Source: Bilabrum cf. latius
Lineage: Eukaryota
NCBI GenBank assembly: GCA_965178125.1
Contig: OZ237740.1
Location: 620,001-684,000 of the forward strand
Length of the DNA stretch: 64,000 nucleotides
Reading direction: 5' to 3'
Position 1 is the stretch's first letter, and each line of letters opens with the position of its first letter. Shown here in pieces: positions 9,334 through 22,771 of the stretch. The notes beneath the pieces were generated by a model. The model saw only the letters and a list, made by a program, of their open reading frames with translations. It made no database searches and had not been told where the DNA came from. Both the position numbers and the translations under genes were made by a program.

Positions 9334-12300
9334 TCAATAATGACCGTCTTGATCATCCGTCGAGCCAGCTGAGGGCGGTACAATAGTGTAGACAACATCA
9401 TTGCTGCCACTGGTGCCCGCGCTGGGGCTGGCATCAGCAGCTGTCTCATCTGCATTGCTGCGCTCTCCCCGATGAAATTCACCTGCTTGATTTGCACTGG
9501 TATCCTAGTCTGGAGCTGCATCGTAGCTAGCACCGGTCTGGCTGCTGCTTCGCACCCCCTCCCTCCTCGAGACCTCTCTCTGCACGTTGGGCGGCAGCCC
9601 CATCTGCAGCCCCTCGTCGATCGTGTCCGCCACCAGCTCATGGTTCGTGGATCCAGACCGCAGCGAAGACACGCTGTGCTCGCTTTGCTCTGTTCCATGG
9701 GAGCGAGGAGTCTTGCCCCTCCACCTCCCACCGGTCGCAGGGAAACCGGGCGCATGTTGCGGGCTGTTGAAGCTCAGTCCGCTTGATTCCTCCCTCACCG
9801 TGCTGAGCCCAGCGCGCATCTCCTCGTCGTAACTATCCTTGCGGCCTGAATCACCATTTACCGGTCGGTCCTGCGCAGCTGCACCCGCCTCTGCGTCTTT
9901 CACTGCGTTCAGATCGATGGCTGGGACCGGCACGGCCTGGCCTGCGTAGGCTGCCGCCATGCCTCCGTACCGACCGCCAGGCTTGCCACGACGGCGACCT
10001 GCCCCAGCGATGCCCCCGCTGGTCGGGGTTTCCACCAAGCCTGAGCCAGACCCCGATCCCGACGACGTGCTGCGCTGGGTAGAATCATCGCTGCCCAGCT
10101 TGCCGAGCGGTACTGGCGACTCACCTGTGGGGGCACCTGCGATGGATGGCACAAAGCCCAGCCGCGGCTTGGAGATCTAGTTGTTGCCGGTACCTGCACC
10201 GGCAAATGACTGCAGCTTGGTTGGAGAGTCCTTGGGCTGCCTGGTAGTGCTCGTCCCTAGCTGACCAGCTCGCTTCCGCGGAGAATCGTCAAAGAATCCC
10301 CGCTTCCCCCCTTTGCCCTTGGACGAGCCAGGAACCCGCTTGGCACCTTTGGCGGGTGCCGCAAGCAGAGCCGCCTCGTGCTGCCAGTGCTGGTGGATGT
10401 GATCGCTTGGAGGTGTAATCACCTGTCCCGCTGTCACTGCAGCCCCCCGCCGCCGCCCATCCGACCCGTCGCTTCCGCCGGTATAGTCCTCCCCCCTCGA
10501 AGCGGTCCTCGCCATGATTGGAAAGAAGCCGCCGGGTCCGTCTTCCTTCGAGTACATGTTGCCGCGGGGGCGGGGCCCGGTGCCGAGGTCGTCAGGCTCG
10601 AACGGCTAGTCTAGCTCCAGGGTCCTCTCAGCATCTGCGGGCCCCTCGCGGTTGACGCTTGATTCGGGAGGCACGAAGATGGCTTCGCCACGACCGTCCG
10701 TAAGGTGGGAGTCGGCCGCGCCTGCGGTCTTTTGGGGCGATTCGTGCTTGGGCTAGCGATCAAACATCCCGTACTGCTTCTTGATCGACCTCCTCTCCCT
10801 ACGCTGCACTCGTCGCACCTGTGACTTGGTGCGAGGCAGTCCGCCTGCCTTGCCTTGGTCCTTGTCAGCCGCAGGAGTCGGCGTTGGGGTCTCGTACCCG
10901 TCCGTCTGCTCCCCGCCCGATTCATCCGAGCCCTGCACGAGCTCCTGAAGCGCCTCGCGGTGCTTCTAGAGGGCCGTTTTTGGCCTGCGCACCTTGATTG
11001 GGGGAGGGGCTAACGAGCGGTGGTGGTCGTGCTGCTGTGCCACAGGCCCGTGTCCCTGCTGCGTCACTGCGATGTAGCCTCCAGTGGCAGGATCGAACGC
11101 GATCGGCACGTCGCCTGGTCCCTCTTCTGAGCCACGTCGCGCGAGGAAGCGCGCGGTCTTCTTCCGCGCGAAAACTGGCGCTCCTGGATACAAGCCACTG
11201 CCCGTTCTACTGTGGCTGCTGCCTTCATCCAGCTGGAGCTGCAGTGATGGCGGGGGTCGACCGCCAGCATCAGGGGATGCAAACATGGTAGGAACCTGGC
11301 CAGGCTCGAGAGGGGTCCCGCGTAGCAGGTGCATGGGCTATGTCTACGATCGAGCCATGGGTTGTGCTGCGCCTGCAGACCCGCCTGCCGGCATGGGCAT
11401 CGACTCGGCCCTGCGGTTGGCTCCAGGCGCATCCGTAGATGCGTGCTGAGCCTCGTTGGCCTGGTGCTTGGCAGCATCTGCGGCGCTGATGGGCTGCATG
11501 ACTGGCTCGGAGTCCATTCCCATGACGCCTCGGTCTTCTATTTCGTACTGCTTGCCCTCGCCACCTTCATCGGCATGAGGACTAGACATCGTGCCGTTCT
11601 TCACGTGGTGCACGTGGGCCTTGGAGCTGCCCAGGCCCGTCCACGCTGTGTTTGTGCTGGGGTCCCAGATAAATCGACTGCGGAGCGAGCTGGCTATAAA
11701 TACGGGGGTACAAGTCGTGGGGGTGAGGGGCCAGCACTCGTACGGTTGGCGTCGCATGTGGCGCCAGACAACTCACTGCTGAAGAAGCTCGATTTGCCAA
11801 GCAACGCTGCGAGCGGTAGCAAAGGAAAAGGCGCGCACAAGTTCATGTCAGCGGGGCACGAACAATGGGGGGGAATCAGGCCTGTTCGCACGATGGTCCA
11901 AACTCACTCGATGTCGTAGTACCCCCCGCGCCGACAGCAGCACACAAACTTGTTCGGATAGACCCGGTAGTCGACCCTGTAGCAGCAGGGCCTGCAGCAC
12001 GCGTGGAACGAGGACCTGCAGCACCGGTGCACCTGGAATAGGATAGAGAAGAGCAGCTTGGATCCACCAGTCAGGATGATCATGCCGGCCACGTAGGCCG
12101 CAAACTCGGGAAGCCACCCGTAGAAGAGCACGATTGCGACCAGAAGCGCGTTGGATAGCACCCAGATGCTGACCATCCGTAGCCTGAAGTTATTGAACTC
12201 AGCGGCGACTTGGTCCTTGTCGACGTGCAGCTCTTGCGCCAGCCTAGCAGCCTTCCTGGCGCGTTCTTCTCTCTCCTTGCGCCTCTTGTGGGCCTTCTTA

Positions 12301-15300
12301 ATCATGGCCAAACTGAGCCTGACGTCCTTGTCGTCATCCTTTAGCTTCATTGCTGCGGTTTGCTCGCCAATCGCTGGGGGGCCCAACGGTGGCATCTCCT
12401 GTGTGGCTCCAGTGGACGGCAGAGCAGATGCAGCCAGGCCACCGTAATCGCCCGCAGGAGCCCTGCCAGCGACGACAGGCGTAGATACCGCAATCGTCGA
12501 TCTATTAGTAACTTCAGTTTGTGGCGTTTCCAGCTTTGCCGCCATGACTCGCTTCGCTGCAGCTTTCTTGGCCTCTTGGTGTGCCGACAGCACCTGCATC
12601 TGCTGCTTGCTCCTCGTCGGTTTGAGCACCCTTCGCGGCACCGCATTATCCTCCTTGCCGGCGCTCGCAGCGCTCGCCGATGCTCCTGCTCCATGTCCCT
12701 CCGATCTGCTGGTGACGCGGTTAGCGAGCTACTGCACCTGCCGATCGGCTGCGTCATCGTCCGAGCTAAGCTCAGACGAGTTCACGCTGATCCCGCCTAT
12801 TTCAAAGCCGGAGCCATCGGATACGCTTCCATCGAGTCGGAGGCTGGCCATCGCTTGTGCAGCACCATCCATGTCATCAAGCGCGACTGAAACCATCGAC
12901 TGGCGCCTGTCCATGCCCCCGCTCTTGCCGTGGCGGCGTCGGTGACCGCGGTGTCGGTACTGCGAGCTGTGAGTCTTCTTCTTGGCCTTCCTGAATATGC
13001 CCCGCCCATCAGAGGATCCTTTATCGCTATCAGAAGGTGCATTGACCTCTTCCAGAGCAGACGATCCTCGTTCTTGGAGAAGCTTCCTGAGGTCGGCCGT
13101 TTCTGAGCGCCTGACTGTGCCGGAGATGGGGTCGTCGTTGTCGACAATGATGTTGCCGCCCTCTTCGACATCTGAGTAGCTCCCACTGCTAGAGCTCCCG
13201 TCCGAATCATGGTCTTTAGGACTGTAGCCCTGGAAAAATGAGCTTTTCTTTGATAGCTTGCGCGCCATGGCCGGTCGCACCTTGCCTGGCTCGTCGCTTC
13301 GGTCCCTCGATGCACCCCGCATGCGACTCTCGCTTCGTTTGCGGTGCATGGTCCGATGCCGGCGCCGATGCCGCATCTGGCCGCGGCCATCGTTGCCGTG
13401 GTACTCGCCATCAGCCAGTGTGGCGAGTGCCCGGCTACTGCCCTGCCGGCGGTACGCGCGGCGGGCCACATAATTCGCGTGCTCCAGCTTCTCCGAGTGG
13501 CGGACGCTGCCCTGCAAGTAGGTGTCCAGTGTCTTGACTAGCACCGACTCGGCCACGCTCTGCTTCCTTGCAAGCTTGATTCTGGCCATTGTGTCGTGAT
13601 GGTCGGGCAGACCTCCCTACCCGTGACCAGCGACATCACCATTGGAAGCGGCGTCCGATGGAACTGTGGCAGCCCCAGCGTCTAGGCCATGCTTTGCGAC
13701 CGGCCCAGGCGGCGTGCCATGATCGTCACTTGTCGCACCCCCCTTGCCGACATCGGGGCCACCATCTGCTGCCGGCTCCACCAGCGCATCCGCACCGGCC
13801 TCGCCTTTGCCTGCATCAATGCTGGTAGATGCTGCAGCGCCTACATCGTCGCCAGGCTAGTGCGTGAGGTCTTGGACATGGGGTGTAGCTCCAGCCGCAG
13901 CACGCTAGACTTGAGCTGCTTGCCGCTCAGCAACAGCCTGAAGCAAGCGCTGCTCGTCTTGTTTCCGCTGCTTGTGCCTGCGCTTCTTCGACTTTTCCAC
14001 CTGCTTCTTCGTCAACTCTGCCATGCGAATGAGCCCGTCGTTCAACTCTGCTGCGGCTACAATGTTCTGCTTAGCTTCAGTCTTGAGCTGGCGGGACATC
14101 TCCATAATCGAGCCACCCTCGCGGTTCCCCCACGACACGTCGTGCAGCTGCGACCAGCTGTAGATCTGGAACGAATTTAGGAAGGTTGGCAAGAAGAACA
14201 GGTAGAGCGGGTAGCTGATGAGCGTGAAGAGGAAATCGTAAGGCCCATGGAACAGGGCAGCCCCGAGATACACGATCTGCGCGACGATCACCGTCACGAT
14301 CACAAAGAAGCTGGCTTCTAGAGTCCCGATGACGAAGGCGGCCGCAAGGAGGGCCAGAAACATGGCAATACCCCACAGAATGCATGCGATGAAGTAAACG
14401 TTGGACAGGTCCTTGAGTCGCCCGGCAAGGCCCAGCACGAGCTGAAGAAACAACAACGAGATGTAGAGGAACGGCAGCCCCAACTCCAGCTCCTTCTCGC
14501 CAGCAGGAGCAAACACAAGCGCCGAGAAGAAGATTACCAGGAACGACAGGAGCAGGGTGCCGACGGAGAACCAGCTGACGATAGTCTCCAGAAAGAAGAA
14601 CATAGACTGCATGAAGAGCACGAACTTCTAGCAGCACGAGTGGCCCGACGACATGATGCGATGCAGCTGGGACAGCTGCCAGAACTGCACGAAGACAGAG
14701 CCGTTCAGCCAGCGACGCCTTTGGCGAATGAGAGTAGGCAGGTCGTCTGGGACGTCAGTCTCAGCGACAGAGCCCTCGACATACGTCAGCTTCCAGGCGC
14801 ATCCCTCCTTTGCCACGACCTCCCAGCACAAGATGCGGTCCTCGGCGAGGTACTGGTTGGCAACGAATGGGCCCAGCTTCGCGATGCTTTGCTCCTCCGT
14901 CAGGAAGAAGCTTCGCAGCGGCTCGCCCCGAATGGCTTGGTACCGCACCGCAGAGAAAGCGCCTGGCAGCACGGTAAGGTACCCAAAGAAGCTCTGGAAT
15001 GTTTTGTCGAGGAGGTGCGCCTGCTTGTACTCGAAGAACTGCGCGGCGTGCAATGGGTCGTAGCACTTGTACTTGCGCACCGTGATCTCGCCGCAGCATC
15101 CACCAATCTGCGACCGATGGTAGGAAAGTGAATCTTGTGGCCATGGCAGTTGGGATAGTTAGGTGCACAAAAAGCAAGCCAGCACTTGAAACCGAGATGT
15201 ACCTCACGAAGGGGTCCTGCTCCATTGTGCTGACAAGCTTGCTGATTGCGCTGGGACGGGGCACCGTTCCCACGTCAAGGAACAGGACATACTTGGGGAA

Positions 15301-16585
15301 CACCTGCCTGCACACCCCCCGAAGCAGCCAGAGGAGAGAGTTGAGCTTGCCACCGTTCCTCGCCTTGAGCATGAAGGCGACCTGCATCGGGCTGAAGTAC
15401 TTGCGCGAGGCCTTGTCTTCCGCCAGCTCTACCGTTCGCTCGAACATGTGCATGGTGGTGGGCTTCCCCTTGACGCTATTCTCCAACAGCGACGGCTGGA
15501 AGATCTTGAGCTCCTGCTCCGCGTACAGGAGGGTTGACTCGTGGGCCTTGGTGATTCCGTCGAGGGTGACGACCACGAGGATTTCCTGCCAGCTCATGCC
15601 GTGCTTCTGCTACAGCTGCTCCATGTTCTCCGCGACACCGCGCATGGTATTGCGCAGCTCCTCCGCACCTTCGTTGTACATGGTAATGGAAATGACCAGC
15701 CGAATCATGCGAGCGGCGCGCACAACGCGCAGCCTGCACTGCATGTCGACTGGCCGTGCCACTGCGACGGGGGTGTAGTCCACGCAAAGACACTCTGCCT
15801 GGTCGTTCTCGTGTGAGAGTTCTCGCTTGGGGAGCATCTGCCGCACGAACCTCCGCCTCGTGATTGGATCCTAAATGTCGGCCGTGTGCTCGAACTCATC
15901 GGAATCGGAGGATGTGACCAGCTCGTCGCTTCGCACTGGGGCATCGTAGAGCTGCCGGCGTGCGAGCCTGTGGGCTTCTGCCTGCGCGCCGTGTGCACCT
16001 GCGGGGACTTGGTGAGCCACGCCCATCCCGTCAATTGCAGCGCCGTGCATCTGAGACACGGAGCTGCGACGCCACTTGTGTTCCGGGGGTGGCTCCGCGG
16101 CACCTTTCGCAATCTATTCGTGAGCAGCTGCACGTTCTGCAGATGTGTTGGCAGGGCTCAGCGTTGATGTACGCGTTGCGACAGCAGAGGGTGCGCCGCT
16201 GACAACTGCGGCGGCTTGCGACGAAGCTGGCTATCCTTGCTACTAGGAGACAGTTGCGCTATCGGAGTCCGTCTTGCCTGCACCTGGGTGGAAAACGGCT
16301 GGCTCAATATGCTACTCATCGAAGCATAGCGGGATTTCGGCATGGTCGGGAGCTAGACGGTATCTTATCAGATCAATAGAGGTTGACGCACTGCTCACGT
16401 GGTGATATGGCTGCAAGTACCTCCCCGCTGCTATCAGCATCAACGGAAACAGCTATTGATACGGCTGAGGGTCGACGAACATTCAATCTACTCTTCGGAT
16501 TGCCTGTCGAAGACGACGGGGTCCCAGCATCCGACCGTGAGCTTGAGGAGTGCTGTTTTGAATCGCTTCCCGCCGGCGATGACAT
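9334..16585 (-). CDS. CHS: Chitin synthase (GT2), roughly 2,200-2,300 aa with long low-complexity insert and tail; 5' end uncertain
   Basis: Motifs ITMYNE, NGGKLNS, LDVGT, IGGCCGEI, QFFEYK, VLPGAFSAVRY, YLAEDRIL, ETDVP, QRRRW and HDVSWG. ORF pieces are joined by TAG (e.g. 15871, 15610, 14628, 13905, 12729, 11344, 10966, 10753, 10177, 9505). Intron 15108..15207; probable intron 11678..11907 (GTGAGT...CCGCAG) links to the tail ending TGA 9334. The first exon (MSSPAGSD, ~16585) is tentative. Confidence 0.9.
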
Positions 16586-16774
16586 CCACACCGTCCGTAA
16601 CACGTGCAAATACTCCAATTGGACCCTTTCAGACTGCCAATATTCGCAAAGTACGCTTTAGGATCGCGTGAAATGATTCCGCCGTTCCTACTGTGCGTTT
16701 TCGGTATCCGGATTCATGCTTCATCTTCGAAAACTGCGATGGTCGCAACGAACATTTGCGAATATGTAGCAGCT

Positions 16775-18511
16775 TCATTTCATCAGATACAGTGATCCAT
16801 GCCCACCTACGGTCACCTGAGATACTAGCCGCCCGCTACCCGCCTCGCGAAGGGTGCCGTTCAGCGCGAGCGGGCCCTCGGTCACGTTCGACGGATTCAC
16901 GAGCACCAGCCCACGCTCGAACCACCGCCCCAGCGTGTTCCTCGGCTTGCCCCCCTCCCAGAACAGCTAGTACCCTCCCAGTGACCCCACCGCCGTCCTC
17001 GTCACGGGCTCTCCCAGACCGAGGAAGTACCTCGGGTGCACTTCGGCCCAGAAATCCACGTCCACCACCGTCCCATTCGGAGCCGTAACGTTGCGCCTGT
17101 ACATGGCCGGAATCCCGAAGGCCGTGCTTTCTCCAGCTGCCGCGCTTTTGTTCACCGTGAGCAGGTACGATGCATACGCGAATCCCTCGAACACGTCCCT
17201 TTCCTGGTAGGAGAGCTTCTCCAGCCCGGGTGACTTGCACCCGGCTTGTGCCGCCATGGGGCGCGCGCTGAGCCCGTGCACCGACAGGTTCTGCACCATG
17301 ACCACGTTGGCCTGCCACTGTCCCAAGGGAAGGTACTCGGGGATGGACCAGGTGCACGTGCCAACCTCATGGAGCGCGAAAGCCTCGTTCGAGTACCCGT
17401 CCAAGGGGTGGGCATCCACGATGGTGTTGTTCCCCGGCCACGCGGGGATGGTCTGGTCCCGCATGAGCATCCGGGATGCGCCGCCCCCGTCGCCCTGGTC
17501 GTCCCATACGTGCCCGGTGTCCAGGTTGTTTGCGTAGATGGTTGGCTTGGGCCACGCCTTGGAGGCTCCTGCGATTGCCTCCCAGATGCGGCGCAGTCGC
17601 TGCTGTTCCCTGACCCTGTACTGCCGGCCCGTGAACACCTTGGGTGGCCAGGAGGACGTGTCCCATACCTGGTTGCCGTTCGGTTGTTCCCCAAGGGATA
17701 GGGACCTCAGGTGGTTCCCAGAGGCGTCTACGGCCAGGAACGGCTGCGACGAGAAGCAGTCGAGCCAGACCCCGCTGTAGTTGCGACCCACAATCGCTTC
17801 GAGCGACTGGTTCACTACCATCGCAACGCCAAATGCCGTCGCTGGATTCGTTTGGTACACCAGCTGATCGCCGTTCTTGCACCCCGGGCCGCCTGGGTAC
17901 ATGTTCTGGTTGTAGACGGGAGCCATGGCAAGCTGCCCGCTCTCATGCGCCGTTGCCGTGGTCCCGCTGAAGCCACGCTACACGGTCAGCGTCGCGATAT
18001 CAGTCATTGAATGACCTGCCACCGCTAGAATTTTCATCAGCTCCCCTTCCACGCGGATCCAAGACACGAAGTGCTCGCACGACTGCGAGATATCTCCACT
18101 CCATGTGCTCGCAGGGACCGACCATCCCGATCGATGCACTGAAGCGTAGTTCACGTGTATTGTGGAGGTGCTTGAATCGACGGCAGTGGCAATCAATCCA
18201 GCCGCATAGTGCAACGTGCCATCGCGAAGCGGGGAGCCCTCAAATGCAAGTACGTTGCTTGACGCCCACGTAGCGATATAATGCATGGGCCGAAACGATG
18301 AAGAGAACGGATAAAATAATGAAGGGTCTTCAGATCCGCTGCTGTCATGAAAAGACCCCTAAATGGCGGTGAAATTGGTTGCAATCACGTAAAGATCGTC
18401 TGTTGTTGGGGTGCCTACCTCTCGCGCATCGGAAAGGATGGCGTATAGCGGGAAATCAGGCGCTGCTATCGCCAAAGATGTAAATGCTACCAGAATTGCA
18501 GCTTGGCGCAT
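16775..18511 (-). CDS. Secreted putative glycoside hydrolase-like protein (578 aa, intronless)
   Basis: ATG 18511 gives signal peptide MRQAAILVAFTSLAIA. Single frame through TAG 18359, 17978 and 16967 to TGA 16775. YSGVWLD, DGYSNEAF and C-terminal RWFERGLVLVNP resemble uncharacterised TIM-barrel GH-like families (by eye). Many N-x-S/T sites. Confidence 0.55.
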
Positions 18512-18984
18512 CCTGCGGGCACGTTTTTAATATAGTCGTAGTAGGTCTGTGCGTCATCAGCATGCCTTGCGGAACCACCCGCCCGCCAGCGCACTGTCTG
18601 GCTTGTGCCAGTGGTAGCGATCGTGTATATATCGATGTAAATAGTCAGAAACTCTTTGAATTACGTAAATGCATGCACGAGGCCTCTGTATGCCTCCCAA
18701 AAGTCTGTTCAAGTTGCAGCCCCCTCTCTTCCTCCCCACCTTCATCAATCACAAGCCGCTGCGCTCTTTGTCCAAGTCGCATAAACACCCTGTGCAAACT
18801 CAGGTACTTCGGCCTGCCATTCCTGGCGTGCCTACTGTCCTGCGAAATGCCTTCAAGCTCAGAGCAATGTGCCCCAGTTGTACCTAGCTGGCCGCGGTGC
18901 CCCACCCAGCCCCCACACAAGCCCCTACAGCGCACCAAGCCAGCCCAAGCCACCACGACAGCAGTCGAAGTCAATCGCCCATGC

Positions 18985-20887
18985 TCACGTACCGCCGCCC
19001 CCGGCCATGCCACCCCCAGCCCCGTGAGGTGACGCCGCAGAGGCCTTGTCATAGTACCCCGACCCACCCCCCGTTCCCCCAGACCCCCCGCCTCCGCCGG
19101 TCACCGACTGCCGCCCCCCGGCACCAATGGCCTCTCCAGAGACGCTACCGTCGTTTCTCCTGGCGTTGTAAATGAACAGGTTGTTCACCCCCGCGATGGC
19201 CAGGGTATCCTCGACAGGGTGCCAGCTGTAGTGCAGAACCTTCCTAGCGTAGTCCTCAGGTTCGTGCGCGCCCCTCACGGACTGTCCCACCCGCGCGATG
19301 GGCTCCACGCTGGGCGTCCTAGCCCTGTGCTGGTCCAAGCGGATCATGGTGTCTGTGGACCGGGTAGTGTCGAACACGTGCAGCCCGTTCGAGTACGACC
19401 CGGTAACGAAGTGTGACGAGTGCGGCGAGGCCCCTACCTCGAACTTGTCGAAGATGGAGTCGTTCTCGTAGAGGTCCCCCAGCTTGGCCCTCAGCTTTTC
19501 GTGCACTGGGATGACCTGAACTGCCGTGCTCGGCTTCCGGACGTCAAACAGCCGGATGGTAAGGTAGTCCCTGGCAACAATGTGCCTCCCATCGGGGACG
19601 AAGCGAACGTCGCTGATGGAGGCGATGATCTCGCTGTAGTAGGATTTCTGGCCCTCGTCGGGCTGGATCTCGATGGCCTTGGCATCGTCGCAGAGGGCGG
19701 ATCGGCGCATGTCGGCCACGCGGATGACGCCCCTGCTGCTGCTGTACAGCAGCTGGTTGCATTCCGTGGGGTGAAACCTGGCAGCAGTGATCACTTCCGT
19801 GAGGTCCTCCATGTTATCGGGCTTCATGTCGACGATGTTGAAGGACAGCTTGGCGTGCTCGTAGCTCCACAGGTTGATGCGCAAGTCGTCCGCCGACAGA
19901 AAGTGCTCCCCATCGCTGTTCGAAGCAACGCTATTGATGTGGTACGTATGAGCATTTGCATAAACGCGCTTCGGTATCGCGATCACCTGTGGATCTGGCG
20001 AGCTCAGGGAAGGCATCGCGATGGAATCCACCGGCAATCGCCCCCCGTGAGGTCCAGCTTTCACGTTTAGTTCTTCCACGTGCCGGACCGCACGCTCCTG
20101 AATTCTCCAAAGCTTGATGGTTTTGTCTGCGATAAACTGTCAAAGGTTGGGTCGAATGCCTACGCATGGACTTCCAAGAAGCAAAGTACAGAAATCGTTG
20201 AAGCAAGGACTCACCGTTCGTCGACAATAGGAACCTGGCTGATCCAGCTGGCCTACACCAACAGATCTTATTGATCTTCTCTTCAATCTCAAGCGATTTG
20301 AGGTAGTCAAATTCAGCTTCGTGGCTCTAGAACTCGCTGTAGAAGTTGTACTGCAAATTGCCGTAACCAGGCGAACCATCGCTACCTCCAGTGTCTGCGG
20401 CCTATCCCGCATTTTCTATGGCAGATGATGCACCACCGGTTGATGCCTGCGTTGGAAGGGGCTGCCGATGAGAGGTAGTTCCGTACTCGCGTTTCTTTGC
20501 TGTTGACCAATAGCGCGCCGTACACGCTCTGGGCAGGCAAAAAGGGTACTTTGCGGCTACAACACGAAAAATGACTCTTACCTTGCCTACATCTGCTCTC
20601 TTGAAGAGTACAATTCGGCCGCCCTTGTCGCCAGTGGCCAAAAATTCACCAGTTGTATCGAATTCGACTGCCGAAAGGACGTCAGCGTCCTAAAATTCCT
20701 CGTCAGGATCTTTCTCGCCGAAGCACTGCCCAAAATACCATGACAATCTCGGAGGTTTACGAAATCTACCTGTGCCTACCATCGATGCATCACTGCTATG
20801 CTCTTTCGCCTCGTGCTCTGGACTCGGGTGATCTGACTTGACTCCACCGGCACCAGACGAGGCTACATCGGCATGCACTCCCGCCAT
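18985..20887 (-). CDS. PPP2R2: Protein phosphatase 2A regulatory subunit B55 (PR55/Cdc55)
   Basis: [72 protein letters not shown] at 20690, 20402 and 20327. Intron 20127..20214 and a probable 3n intron ~20462..20581. TGA 18985. Confidence 0.96.
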
Positions 20888-21622
20888 TCAAATAATAGAT
20901 CTATATGTATCTGCCTTCCCTGCGCGGACTTGGTCCAGGCCCCCAGTCACGAACAGGTGCAGATCGTGATCTAGGCGTGGTGAGGGCGCAACGCTAAACG
21001 TGCCTCCACTGGAAACCAACTGGACCAAAAAGACGCGTGTCGCGTTCTGCTTGGTACGTGGACGCCTCTGATGAAGATCTTGGAGAGATACCCTGATCTG
21101 AGCAGAAATTCAGCTCAGGAGGCGACCTACTGGGACGATTGGCTCGCTGGCCGACCAATCGAGAGCGCGTATTTATCTTCATCTTTCGAACCGGATGGGC
21201 CGAGATCCTGCATCTGGCTGGGGCACACGCTTGCTATTTGTCCATGCTGAAAACTTCCCATGCAGTTGTTGAAGCTGATAGAGCTGACCCCCTGCCTTTC
21301 TCGACACAGTGAACGGAGGCACCGTGGCGCAGAGTGCAAGGTGCAATGCCGGGGGCAACAACCGACCCGACGTGCAGTGTCAGCGAGCACAGGGTCTGTA
21401 GATGACACAGAGCTGTTCGTAATCGACGGGAGGCTGCACGTGTTGCGCATGTTCGTCTTATCCCATACTGACTGAGCCTCACATTAAATGCCTTGGCGCG
21501 AGCCAGCACTGAGAGCCCATCGCCCCGGCTCCGATCCTCAAACTACACGGTATTGAAATTATATCGTACTTTTTCACGCAGCGGGCCCAACGGTCGTTCA
21601 CCTGATCCGAAATAAAAGCACT

Positions 21623-22495
<873 letters not shown>

Positions 22496-22771
22496 TGATA
22501 GAGAGTGGTGGGCTGTGCCGGCTTGCCTATGCTTGGCTGGTGAGGGAGGCGGCATGAGTTGGATGTGTACTTGAAATCGGTAAGAGCAGTGCCAGGATAG
22601 CACGCAAACGTAATATTTTGTGTCAAGCAGCCACATGACGTGGTGGTCTCCGGTGCGCACGGACGCGCGCTCGCATGATTTGATCAGCAAGCCTGTAAAA
22701 TTAGGGCGAGCACAGTCACAGCGGTGCACCTTCGGCCGCGCAAGCCATGCGGCTACACCCGAAACTAATCA

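Noticed and set aside
11904-11906. In-frame TGA as a second reassigned codon (also at 30606 and 45274)
   Set aside because: Each TGA is part of a GTGAGT intron donor with an in-phase downstream acceptor, so it is intronic.
20300-20345. Tiny introns ending in TAG removing the apparent stops
   Set aside because: Conserved motifs (FxSHE here, GGGVxIR at 59695, MLxYA at 44183) align with exactly one residue at the TAG, leaving no room for an intron.
20900-21520. Possible minus-strand ORF between B55 and centrin when TAG is read through
   Set aside because: No motif and atypical composition. With only two stop codons in GC-rich DNA, long chance ORFs are expected.
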